A stretch of DNA of 63,424 bases, filler included, from Kipferlia bialata (Eukaryota), in the NCBI GenBank assembly GCA_003568945.1. It is 4 parts of 4 records of this genome, joined end to end, with 100 filler letters (N's around TTAATTAATTAA, not from the genome) between each part and the next. Parts side by side here need not be neighbours in the genome. Positions count along the whole stretch, not along the records: positions 15,888 to 31,667 come from BDIP01000668.1; positions 31,768 to 47,547 come from BDIP01000669.1; 2 more parts are not named here. One strand, written 5' to 3'. Both the position numbers and the translations under genes were made by a program. Positions 25,274-38,429 of this stretch are shown here, piece after piece (the first letter of the stretch is position 1; the number at the start of each line of letters is the position of its first letter). A model generated the notes under the pieces. That model saw nothing but the letters and a program-made list of their open reading frames with translations, was not told the origin of the DNA and ran no database searches.

Positions 25274-28200
25274 GTGAGATATGCCCAGAGGCCCAGGCAC
25301 TCAGGGGATTCACGAGCTCCTCGCAGTCAACCAGGTAGACATATATATACGTATCTATATAAGTGTATTTCTGCGACACTCATGAGGCTGTTTAGCAATA
25401 TGATTAAGCATACATACACTCCCCCACCCCCCCCCCTCCCCCACGTCCCCTTTACCAGTTATGACTTTCCTCTCTCTCTCTCTCCTCATTATATCTCTCA
25501 CTCTATCCTCTCTCTCCATATAACTCCCAGGACTGGATGGTTGGGGTCAGCCCCATAGATCTAAGGAGGCAGGAAGGTATGGGGTGTTCAGTCTGTGAAT
25601 GATTACCTTGTGTCATTCTTGTGTTGAGTGATTGTGTTCACCATTCCTTTCTTGATTCATGTCTTCTGTTGTCCTCACCCGACAGGCCTCAGCATCAGCA
25701 GTAGGGAGATCCAGGGTACAATCGCAGCTCAGATATTTCATATGCCAGAGGCTCCAGTGGAAGACAAGCTGCCCACTCCTAGTCCAACACCGGGTGAGAG
25801 GTCATTCATACACATACAACCATATACCCGTACACAAATATGCACACATATAGTCCACCCCCCCCCCTCACCCAACAGCCACAGAGGGTGAGAAGGGAGA
25901 CCACGTGTCAAACCTGGATCTGCAGAATGCTGTTGCAACTGAACAGGTGCGTATGATTCTGGAAGGCGGGGAGACAACGGCTGAGGCAGAGGCTCCTGCT
26001 GTTGCTGATGCAGCTGATGACCCTTCTGTTGCTGACGTTGCTGATGTTGCTGAAACAGAGAGTGACGAGGTATGCATATGTATAGTATGTATGTATATTG
26101 ACTATTTACATTGTATACACGTGTATCTCTGTCTATATACTTGTGTAAATATATATGTTCGTGTAACCCCCCCCCCCCTCTTTCTCTCTCTCATATATAT
26201 GTATATATATATATATATGTATCGATATATATATATATGTATCTATATATGATGCGGATAGTGCCGAAGGAGACACGTACTATACTGTACTATATACATA
26301 CATATTTATATATATATATATGTATGTATATACTATTAATCAATATCATACATGACACAATCCAAAGCGGACATCTACCTCTATCTTTTGAGGAAGCAGC
26401 GTGAGAGTACGTACACACTACATCTTCGCCCCCCACCCCCTTCCTTCCCAGCTGTTTGCTCTCTCACCCTCTCTCTCTCTCCCTCTGTCTATCTCTCTCC
26501 CTCCCTCCACCCATTGCACTCTCTCAATACATATTCCTGTATAACTCCCAGGTAGCTAGCGCTGACAGCAAGCCCTCCATCCGCAGATACCACGCAGCAG
26601 GACTGCTATGTGTGCTACTCACACTGGCATTCCTCATAGCGCAGGTGATATTATCATATATATATATAAATATATATGTGTGTGTGTGTATGTATATGTG
26701 TCCTACTGACACTGGCATTCCTCATAGTGCAGGTACTTAGTGGTAATTTGTAGCCACACGCGGATATATGTTGTATCCATGTCCATTATTCTATTATACA
26801 TACTGTATATCATAGTAGTATATATACTATATACTCCACATACTCCTACACCACGTTCAACCCTGGATACTACTACTTGTTGTATGTGTATGTCCTATGC
26901 ACTTCTTATACTACCGGTTCTCACCACTCCATTATAGTCATTACTATTATTGTATCTGTTGCATATAAGTAGGACAGCTCCTTTACCCCCAGAGGACTGT
27001 CGACAGCTTCAACACCGTCTGTCCCTATAGTTATCATATACCCACACACACACCCACACACACATGTGTGTGTATATATTGCCTTATATATATATATATA
27101 TACATATATATACATATATACATATATCCCCTTACCCTCAGATTAGCCACAACTTCTACACCCTCTACCCATGTGTCTGTAAGGACTGCAGGGGGGAGGA
27201 GCTGGACTGCAGTCACAGCGGACAGTGCCTAGGTATGTATAAATATATCTGGTATATAAGTATATATAGTATATATGTATGTGTATATATAGGGAGTGTG
27301 AGGACTGCAGGGGGGAGGAGCTGACATGCAGTCATGGGGGACAGTGCCTAGGTATAAATATACATATATATAGTATATATACATGTACATATACATATAT
27401 ATAGTATATATACACTATATATGAAGAGTGTGAAAGGACTGCATGGGAGCAGAGCTGGACTGCAGTCACAGCGGGCATTGCATAAGTATACATATACATA
27501 TATATGTATATATACTGTATATATAGGGTGTGACAGTGCATAGGCACATATATATATTGTATTTTATATGCACTATATATCGTGTATGGTATATATGCAT
27601 GCATGGGACTGGAGCTGTCTCAGGGGATCTTGCTCTCTCTCTCTCTATACATATACGGGCTGCTTGTGTTAGTACTAATCATCAAGTGTTTTTAGGTTCT
27701 TCCTAGTGTCCCACCCCCAGGCTCTGACCTCGACGGCGTTGATGCCTGCTACCCCTCCTGTCACAACTTCGATCTCTTCAGCTCCACCACTGCATACCTC
27801 GCATTTCTGGTCACATTCGTGGTGTCAGAGATAGTCTTCACGCGCCAGGTGTGCTGATGGTGCAGTAGTATACTTAAAGTACAGTATTGACCGGCTACAG
27901 TGTGTAAACTATACGTGACTTTCTTTCTATAAGGCGTTACTATACTCCTGTATACCCTGCCAGTGACTCCCTCGGTAGTTTCTACTAATTCAGTGAGTAT
28001 ACACGTACATAGATACCTATTTATATACATATAGATAGAGAGCGAGTAAGAGAGAGAGATCTAACCCTTTCCAGGGCCTCCCCCAGCAGTACCGCAAGGC
28101 TGTCTCCATGTGCCACATACTGGTGGGGGTGGCCATGGTTGTGTGGGTGCTGTATATACCAAGGTATACATATACATCTACATCTATCTAAATATATCTA

Positions 28201-31200
28201 TATATATATGCATCTATATATATGTACATCTATGTCTCCATGTCCACATACTGGTGGGGGTGGCACTCATTGTGTGGGTGCTGTACATACCAAGGTGTGT
28301 ATCAACATATGTATATCCCAAGGGTCCAGAGGGTGCTCAGTATCAGTACAAGACAGACAGATACACATATTGACACTGCTACTCATGCCAGGGTGCAGAG
28401 GGTGCTCAGTATCAGTGTCAGTATCACAAATACACTACTACTGCTACTAATGTTGTACCATATATGCTAATGTTGTATCATATATATACTGACACTGATA
28501 CTAACATGAAGGGTGCAGAGGGTGCTCTTTGGGTTCTCACTGGTGGGACCTGGCACAAGGTGTGTATATACATGTACATATGTATGTACATAAGTGCTTG
28601 TGTGTAAAATGCATCGTCCGTAAGGTATATAGCTATATGTATATATGGCATATCCAGATAATTTGTAGCAGATGGCGCGTATTATATTACTATTATCCTT
28701 ACCGTAGGTAGTTCCTCTCCCTATTCAACAGTACTTGCAATGTGTACTGTACCTATAGTGTATATTTATATAATTATAATAAGCATTAGTTGCAATACAT
28801 TGTATATATATGTATATATGGATGTATTGTTTCTGATAACTAGGCAGTTCCTGTCCCTCTTCAACAGCACCCCCGTTGGTGACTCCTCTCTGACCTGGGA
28901 GTTCGTAGGGTACATGATGTGCCCTGTGCTACTGCAGTGGCTGGGGTCAGTCATGCTTAATAGGTACATATAGGGTATATATACACTGTAGACTCGGTAT
29001 ATATATAGGCATACTATATATGCTGCTGCAGTGGCTGGGGTCAGTCATGCTCAACAGGTATAGAGAGAGTATAGATATATACATAGAGAGAAAGATATAT
29101 ATACAGATACACTGTAGACTGGGTAGCTCTATGTTGATACTATATACTATATACTCTATGTGCCCCGTCATGCTGCATAGGCTGCCGTCTGTCATGCTCA
29201 ACAGGTATATACAGTGAATTTGCTGTTGATAAGGATGTGTGTAATGATCATTGGATATATAGTCCATAGACTGATTCAAGGACCAGAAAGAGACCCATCG
29301 ACATCAGGGAGTCCCTTGCATATGCCAAGGTCAGTGTCAAAGAATAGTCTGCACTGAATATGCTAGTGAAAGAGAGTGTCATAACTGTACATCGTTGAAC
29401 TATACTTTGGCCATCACTCTGTCCAAGCTCTTCTCATGGTATATTGTATATTTGTGAATTTGAAACCATTGTATAAGGGTATATACTGATGCTAACTCTT
29501 AGGCCATGGTGCTCCCCAAGCTCTTCTCCTGGTGGGCTGTGGATCCCATAGCCACAGACAGGGAGAAGGCAAAGCAGGTATAAACACATACTACTAGAGT
29601 TATACACACACCCATATGTATATATGTACTATAATAAAGGGACCCCATAGCCACAGACAGGGAGAAGGCAAAGCAGGTATATACACATTTATATATAGAT
29701 ATAGATATATGTATATATATATCAATATATACATATGTATAATGGATCCCATAGCCACAGACAGGGAGAAGGCGAAGCAGGTGATAATATATGTATATAA
29801 ATATATATATATATATATAGTCACACCCTCATATATGTATATATATTTCAATGATACCCCACTACAGACAGAGAGATGGTAAAGGAAGTACTAACACATG
29901 TATATATACAGGAGTATTTTTGATATTGAGTACAAAAGTAGGTGTAACCCATTTAAGTGTATTGACCCCAGGTCGTTGCCCAGAAGGGCGTGCCCCGTGT
30001 CCACTATCACAAGGCCAAGCCACGCAACAGGATATGGAAGGCACCACAGATGTTTGAGCACGGCACAACTCCAGCAGACTCAGTGAGTGTTGATGTCACA
30101 TCCCCAGTGGAGGTGGCACCTGCCCAGGCTGACCCTCGCCCACCCTCACCCCATACACCTGCTGGGATGGTCGGGTTTGCCTTCCCATCCTCACACACGG
30201 ACACGGCAGGTGGGTATATGCATTGTATGTATAGTAATAATAATACATCACCCACAAACAGTAGGTGGTTGTACTGATACAGTAGGTGTTTGTATGTATT
30301 AATATGTATCTCCCTCATATACTGACACGACAGGAGTGGACCTTGACGTACCTGCACCTAGATTCGAGGGGGATACCTCCTTTGCATACTTCAGGTGTGT
30401 ATATGTGTATATGAGTATATATATACTTCAAAGACTCTCCGTCTCTCTGCCTGTATGGGTACCCTCTATAAGTATTACGGAGGGTAAGCCCAGGTTCTGG
30501 CTGAGGATGCATGCATATATATCTATATAGAAAGAGAGGGGGAAGTATGTAAACGTTAATGCTTGCTGTGTACTGATGATGCTAACACCAGGTTCTGGCT
30601 GCGGAGTGGCACCAAGCTGGGCCAGTTCATCGACAAGCTGGACCATGCAGTGCCGTGCTACAAGGTATGATAGGCTGTGTAGACAGAACTACATATACTT
30701 ATATACGACATGCAGTGGGTGTTGTTATAGCATACATTGTATTCAGCATGAGCTTAACCATCCCGGGTGATGCTGCATGGTAGACACGTGTAGAGAACGT
30801 AAGCTCATACGGGGTTTGCACCAATGGTGATATTGATTGGAGTGTTTTCCAACTCCACTCTTATGTCAGGGAATGAGTATTGTCTATATAGTATAACTAC
30901 TTACCTCCAGGTCAAGTGGAAGAAGGTGGATGGGAGATACAACGTGTATGCCTTCTTCAACAGTGATGAGGGGGGGGAGGACAGGCTGGACAGGGTGGTC
31001 GAGAGGGCGGCTGAGTTGCAAGGTACGCACACTCTTAATACATTCATATTTGTATAATGTATATATATAGTGTATACATGACCCCAGGTATGTGCATTGC
31101 CCAGTGGTACTTCTCCAACCTATACCTATTGTATTGTATCTATAGTGTATCTACTTTAGTATATATATATATATATACTCCTTGTAACCCCAGGCCTGTG

Positions 31201-31285
31201 CATTGCCCAGTGGTACTTCTCCAAGCCAGTGATGGAGGATGATGGGACAAGTATGAGACACTGCTCCGTGTATCCAATCGCCTAA
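25274..31285 (+). CDS. Multi-TM Cys-rich protein, paralog B (intron-rich; start uncertain)
   Basis: Spliced exons read [35 protein letters not shown]...CHNFDLFSS...[10 protein letters not shown]...[13 protein letters not shown]...AYFR|FWLR...[11 protein letters not shown]...CIAQWYFS...HCSVYPIA*, with TAA at 31283-31285. Confidence 0.75.
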
Positions 31286-31667
31286 GCATGATCTCTCAAC
31301 CACACACACAGTATTGGCATCACCTCTGGTGACTACGTTGTCACACTGGCCACATGGCACTGCTAGGTTATACCAGGCCAGTATCTAGATAGTAGTCTGA
31401 GATGTTATCAGTTCTTCTCGGCGTACCCACCATGATACGTGCACACCTATACATAGCTTTTCTCTCTGGGAGTGTGCAACGTATTCAATAGATATATTAT
31501 CGCGGGGTCAAACTGTTGATGTACTTCGGTACAGGATTGGTGCGGGTTCAACAAGATGAAGTGTAGTGAGAGAGAGAAATCTATGTTGGCGAGTGTAGTG
31601 ACTTCAGAATCGATGTTTTTGGCGGCTATCAAGCCTAGCCCCTTATGTGTTATATAAATATTGGCGT

Positions 31668-31767
31668 NNNNNNNNNNNNNNNNNNNNNNNNNNNNNNNNN
31701 NNNNNNNNNNNTTAATTAATTAANNNNNNNNNNNNNNNNNNNNNNNNNNNNNNNNNNNNNNNNNNNN
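31668..31767. other. Artificial contig linker
   Basis: N-TTAATTAATTAA-N, 100 nt. Confidence 0.98.
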
Positions 31768-31885
31768 TTATAAAAACGGCCCAAAATCCCCCCCCCCCCC
31801 CCCATCTGTATTCTTATGCTAACTATACTTACACCAGGGCATAGGTAGGCACCCCCTGCCTGTCCCTGTGCCTGTTTCCCCACAG

Positions 31886-32556
31886 ACACCCCTGGACATG
31901 GCACCTGACACACCCCAACACTTAGTCAGGTATGATACTGAATACATTGAGTGAGTATAATATAGACCATATTATATGTATATACGTCTCCCCACAGACA
32001 CCCCTGGACATGGCACCGAATACACCTCCACACTTGATTAGGTGTGGTACTGAATACATATAGTAGTATATATTGTATATGTTGTATATCTATGTATACA
32101 CAGACACCCCTGGACATGGCACCGAATACACCACAGCATATAGTGAGGTAGGTATATAGTATATATATATAATGTATATATACTATATTATATGTATACA
32201 CAGACACCCCTGGACATGGCACCTGACACACCCCCACACATTGTAAGGTATGGTACTCTTAATATATTCTTAGTTTGGTATGATGTATACATATATTCTC
32301 ACGTACATAACTGACCTACGGGTGGTCAATCATCATATCCCGACCCCCTCGTGCTACAGTTGCATCATCCTCTTGCTCTCTCTCTCTGTACCTACCATTC
32401 GTCTAACTCGCAGGTTCATCCAGTCCCACCGTGCCATGCTGTGCACCATGGAGGAATGGGCAGAGGAACAACAGTGGGATAGGTATAGAGGGACAGATAT
32501 TTATATGAATTAACAGAGAGAGAAAGGCTCTGACCTCTGTGTCTCTGTGACTTCAC

Positions 32557-32587
<31 letters not shown>

Positions 32588-34368
32588 CCTCCCCTCTATA
32601 CCAATTGACCCTTAGGTTCTGCCCCGAGAGCCCTGACCTCTGTGACTGGATACTGTTCCCATCAGACACGCCCAGGTATGTATTCATCACGCATATATAT
32701 GTGCATTAACACCTTGTTTGTATTCTATTTGATGTCGTGTGTTTGTCTCAGGAGACAGATGACACACAGTTCCTATTCAGAGTATACTGAGGTGACTAAT
32801 TTTGAGTATGATTCTGGAATCCATACTGATATCAGGAATACTCTCTCTTAGTACTGGGGTCGCATAGTATAAATATAGTATCAATGAATTGCTTATCCCA
32901 GGAAACAGGTGACACAGTTCCTGAGGGGAGAGCCACGGGCAGGAGGTATATGCACAATTTTATAGATATATATAGATATATATATGTAACAGCCATTGAT
33001 ATATATATATATATGTGTGTGTGTGTGTCTGTGTGTGGCTGTGTATATATGACCCAGTTCCTGAGGGGGGAGCCACGCGCAGGAGGTATGGACACTTGTA
33101 TATATATATACATATACATATATGGTGTAATATCCGTTGATATATATGTCTGCACTGTTTAGATACACTGGTTAGATGCTTATGGGAGAGCCACGGGCAG
33201 GAGGTACATACACTGTGTATAAAGATATATATATGTGTGATTGTGCGACTGGTGGTATGATAACATGCGTCTGTTATAGTGTGTTAATTATTCGTGCTGT
33301 ATTTACGCCAACCCCAGGCGTGGTCACTGACAGTGGACTGCGGGAGTCTGAATACGCTTTGTACACACTCTTATGTATATACTATATATAGATGTTTACA
33401 TGTCATTTAACCCCAGGCATGGTGACTGACAGTGGACTCAGGGAGGTCACCAGACTGACATGTCTGACAAGGGATGATCTGAAGGTTAGATATTGAGTAT
33501 AGAGTATGGAGATATGCTTCCATTCAGTATGGGGTCGGGTACTTGCTATCTGTCCCACTCTCCTCCTCTCAGTCTCTCCCTCTCCCTCTCCCTCTCCTTC
33601 TCCCTCTCAGTCTCTCCCTCTCCCTCTCCTTCTCCCTCTCAGTCTCCCTCTCAGGTTCTAGAGGACAAACTAGTATTGCTCGCTCTCCCTCTCATTCCAG
33701 GTTCTTGAGGATAACCCGGCGTTCATGAAGGGATTCTTGGTACGTGCAGCTCCTAATTACTTTTCCATAATATATATACTTCTTAAGTTTCTCTCTCCCC
33801 CTCTACACCCTTATTCCCAGCGTGGCGTTGATCTACAGTGCATGTCCTGGGGCTGGTCCCTCACTGCACTTAGACTGATCAAGCCCAAGCACCCAGAGAT
33901 GTCGTGGAGGGGGTGGGCTAGGAGGTATACACACATATATATATGTAGAAAGAGAGAGAATGTACAGAATATTTGCCTGACCCCAGGATCTATGAGATGG
34001 ACCGCAGTCCCCTCCCCTCCCCATATATATATGTACAGAGAGAGAGTATAATAGTGTCTCAGACACTATTGTCTATGAGTATCATATTACTATATGTGAG
34101 ATTGTGTAGTATAGATACCTGACCCCCAGGATCTATGAGATGGGCCGCAGTCTCACCCTGCTTGGGTGTGTGGATGAGGCATACTCGGTCAGGAGGTACA
34201 ATGTATAAATATTTATTGGATATGGTGTGTTGTACACAGTTGTATGATGTTATATGTCAGATGTAGGTGAGTTGCTCACCCCCCTCCCCACCACTTCCCC
34301 CTGAACCCCCCCCCCCCCTCCTCTCTCTCTTACACCCAGATACGCTCTGCCCCTCAGCCACCTGTTGA

Positions 34369-34403
<35 letters not shown>

Positions 34404-34904
34404 TCTCCCCATCTCTTACACGCAGATATGCTCTGCTCCTCAGCCACCTGTTGAACGTCAAGCTCATAGTGTACTGCAGGTATTCTACCGGTATTTCTCT
34501 ACTAGGTATATATATGTTTATATATATACATATAGAGTATTTATGAATGTATATATGTGCACCTGTTGAACGTCAAGCTCATAGTGTACTGCAGGTATTC
34601 TACTATTCCAGTATCTCTCTCACTGCATATATATAGAAAATGTATGTGAATATATGTGCATATACCTGTTGAACGTCAAGCTCATAGTGTACTGCAGGTA
34701 TACCAATATATAAACATATATATTATGCAAATGTATATTTGCATGTTACTGTTGAACGTCAAGCTCTTCGTTCTCTCTCCCCCCCTTTTCTGTCTAGCCC
34801 CCTAAATTCCAGGGAGAGAGACCAGTGGGCCAATGTATTCACAGCCTGGGACTGGCACACGGGGAAGGAGAGGAGGAAATGGGGGTCTAGAGAGAGAGAA
34901 ATAC

Positions 34905-34958
<54 letters not shown>

Positions 34959-34981
34959 GCGGTCTCTCTCCAATTGTGTGA
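31886..34981 (+). CDS. Hypothetical multi-exon protein (5' truncated)
   Basis: In-frame exon chain ...FIQSHRAMLCTMEEWAEEQQWDR|FCPESPD...KQVTQFLRGEPRAGG|MVTDSGLREV...|VLEDNPAFMKGFL|RGVDLQCMSWGW...ERDQWANVFTAWDWH...*. Confidence 0.6.
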
Positions 34982-35249
34982 TGTGTGTTATGTGTAATAA
35001 TAGACTAGATCGTGTTGGACATTTACAATGTAAAGATATATTGCCACTCGTAATCCTTCTGGACAGTACTAGCACTGATTTAGAGGTCCAGACTAGGTCT
35101 ACACGCAACAGACCCTAGATGAAGTTAACAGCAATACGTTGGTCAATTGTGAAACGTCTCTTCCGTGTAGTATTCAAACGTGACGAGAGATGGCTTTTAC
35201 CTGATGGTCTACTGCACCTTTCTCTCTCTCTCCATCTACACGCATTCCG

Positions 35250-37265
35250 ATGGCTGTTGCAGTGAAGGCATCTCTCCCCCTTTCATATCTGGTGGCTGTT
35301 CAGTCCTCCGTTCCAACCAATACCTCTAGTGCCCATATGACACCCACACCAACACGTCCTGGCTCTTACCCCTCTCCCGTTAAGGAGAGTGTACATAGTG
35401 TACTGGGAGTACCTCCACGTGTCACCCTAACAGAGCGTGTAGCGGCCCCCCTACACTCTCTCCCACCGCTGCCCCCCTCTCTCTCCCCCCTGCGGTCTCT
35501 CTCTCCCCCTGCGTCCCCATCTGTGCCTCTACCCGATCATCGCTCCATGTCACCACTGAGGGAGACACAACATTATGTGTCACACGTTGAGCTAGAGGAA
35601 CCAAGAGCAGAGTCTAGGCGCAAGCAGAGAGAGAGAGAGATACTAGACGCCAAGCTCAACTACCTGCTTGTGGAGTTTGGGTCCATGCTGGGATACTCTA
35701 CACGGATAGCAGAGTGTGCAGATAGAGGTATACACTGCCAATAGTATCTTAGCATTGACATTGTACTCATCATACACCTATATTATACAGGCTAAATGTA
35801 TACACATCCATTAATGTACAATGTACAGTACATATATGTACCATATGAGACACTTTGAGAGGAAGCGTGTAGGAGTTACTCACTTCCCACTAACTCTCCG
35901 ATTCTCACTGACTATCCCTCTCTCTCTCTCTATAACCTTTGTATATATCAATGGCTGGTGTTGCAGTAGCGTGTAGGATGTATACTTACCCTATTAGTGC
36001 TGTGTATAATCTTCTCACATACTTCAGTGAGTATCAATATATCATCATATATTGAGGGATACGAATTCATAACAAGTACCCTCTCCCCTCTTTCCTCTCA
36101 TGCCAGTCCTGCACAGCCACATCACTCACATCACATTGTTACTAAGTTAGTAACTAACTCATTATCTCATAGTTTCTTCTCACTCTTAACACAGCCCTGC
36201 AGAGTCACATATCATTGCCCTCTCTCTCTCTTCCTCCCACATCAGTGTTGCTCTTTAATATGTCTCTACTCCTCTCCCTCTCTCATGTCAGTGCTGCACA
36301 GCCACATCGGTCTGGCCACCGGGCTGAGGGATGGCACAGAGCACATGGCACACAGTATTGAGGTAGGAGTACAAATACATATATCAAGATATACTGTCTA
36401 TAAATTCTACATACTATGTCATATTGTGGATGACAGATGGCACAGGGGCCATGGCACACAGTATAGAGGTAGCTAATGATACAGTATCTTCCTCATTATC
36501 TACATCTATATATACACGGGCTGAGGATATCACAGGGCAGATGGCACATACTATTGAGGTGTGAAGGTGCGATTACATACAGAGTATCTCGCCCCTACTC
36601 TTACCTATATCTCACTTGTAGGAGCTGGAAGAGGCAGTAGCCCCTTACACCGGCATCGACACCCACACTGTTAGGATAGAGACCCTTAAGGATGACTTGG
36701 AGAAGTACCTTGCTGAGACACATAGACTGGTATGTATCTTCTGTGATTTAGGGGTCGTTAACATAGTATGGTGGACCTGACACCTTACATGCAAGTTGCA
36801 TGATGCAACTCTACCACTGGTGCATGCTACATGTCTTTACATGCTATATATACATATATATACTATGGTAGCACTATATTGCTTCATATCTGCGCTCTCC
36901 TATACACTATCAGAGTATGTGGCGTCCAAAGGGTCTGTGGACTATGTGACACTTCTATCCACATTGACCTAGCACTATTGATAGTATCAATTTGATACCA
37001 TAACTTTCCCTCTATACCTCACCCTCAGGCTGACCCTGTTGACTATGTCACACTGGGCAGAGTGGTGGAGAGACTCAGGGAGGAGGACCCGACTAGAAGG
37101 TATGGTATACAGTACGTATGGCTGGAAATACCACATATACATGCCAATACAGACACACAGTATTGGATCTATGTTAGATCATCTAACCACTCCAGATTCG
37201 ACAACATGGCTGTCCTCTGGTGCTACTATAGGGCGGCAGTGTTAGAAGACACAACCACCAGTTAG
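35250..37265 (+). CDS. Hypothetical protein, Pro/Ser-rich N-terminus and helical C-terminus
   Basis: First exon ORF from the ATG at 35250. Later exons read ELEEAVAPYTGID...|ADPVDYVTLGRVVERL...|FDNMAVLWCYYRAAVLEDTTTS*. Confidence 0.55.
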
Positions 37266-38282
37266 TGGTGCATACATGTCACAAGAGAGTACTATGGACT
37301 CTCGACTCTACAAGGCTGGCCGCAGTAGGCATGCTTGTTGGGTGTGTGTAATGTTTACCACTGATGCGCGTGACCACTGGTCTCACCAGTGTAGCCATAT
37401 AGAGCAGCTCAAATTCACAACACAGTGGCTGTGATTGGAAGATATCAGATGTCGCATTCCCTGTGTCAGCCGCTGACACAGCTGGCTCCGTCTGCCACAC
37501 GAGTCTCTCGTGTTAGCGCGAGAGTTCGTGTATTTGTAGGCGCCTACCAAATCTCCACAACTAACATCAACACACATCACATAAATACTGTATGTCTATA
37601 TGTTTGGCACTATATATAGGTGTCTCATATTGTCAATAGTTATGACTCGCTTGAACAAGGGGAAAGTAGGTTATGACCTGAGGCTCAGGTCCTGAGCATC
37701 ACCAATGTCACTGTTATACACGGAATGGACGGGTATCACCGCCAGTGCCTGAAGGGTGGAGGGTTTCACAGTACCAGAGTCAGATACACTGTGTATCTTA
37801 CTCATGTACCTCTATTGGAGGGTTATAGGGTACCCTGGAAACAGATACACTTGTATTACAAGTGTAACACTTGTACCTCCCCTATTCTCATTCTCCAAAC
37901 CATATCTGGTGCTAGAACGGATAGCCAAGGTTGAGAGATCGATGACGCTTTGACAGCACATGGCCTGTTGTAGGGAACAGAGACTGATGAGACCCACATC
38001 CGTATATGTTGACTCGAAAACCCAGTTTGGCATGAGTATGTCCAGTAAGAGTTATTTTCTAATATCAAATGTCGATTCACACTTCCGACTTGCTCATCTC
38101 AAAGACTGCTTTTGGTTAACGATAGTATCGTTACGATACAATACTTCGAGAAGAGGACTAAGACCACAATTTGTAGTCACAAAAAATGATATGTTGCAAA
38201 TCCGTTCTAGGCCAGAATCTAGCAACATGAACAATTCTATCCTCAGCCTATATGAAAGAATTTACAAACAAGTGTACAAGGC

Positions 38283-38331
38283 TGCAATACAGCCCACGCA
38301 CTAGACAGTGCAATACAGCCCACGCACTAGA
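38283..38331. repeat. Tandem 26-nt-period duplication (TGCAATACAGCCCACGCACTAGA x2)
   Basis: Seen directly in the sequence. Confidence 0.9.
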
Positions 38332-38429
38332 GTCTAGTGACTAGACAGTGTTGGAGGTGCAACCGACGATCTCATTGTGCGGCTGGTCTGGTACTCTACA
38401 CCCAAAGGCACACCGATGTGGGGGGTGAC

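Noticed and set aside
26111..29882. Many Y/I/C-rich 60-110-aa ORFs (also elsewhere in the window)
   Set aside because: Translations of TA/CA/CT microsatellite introns.
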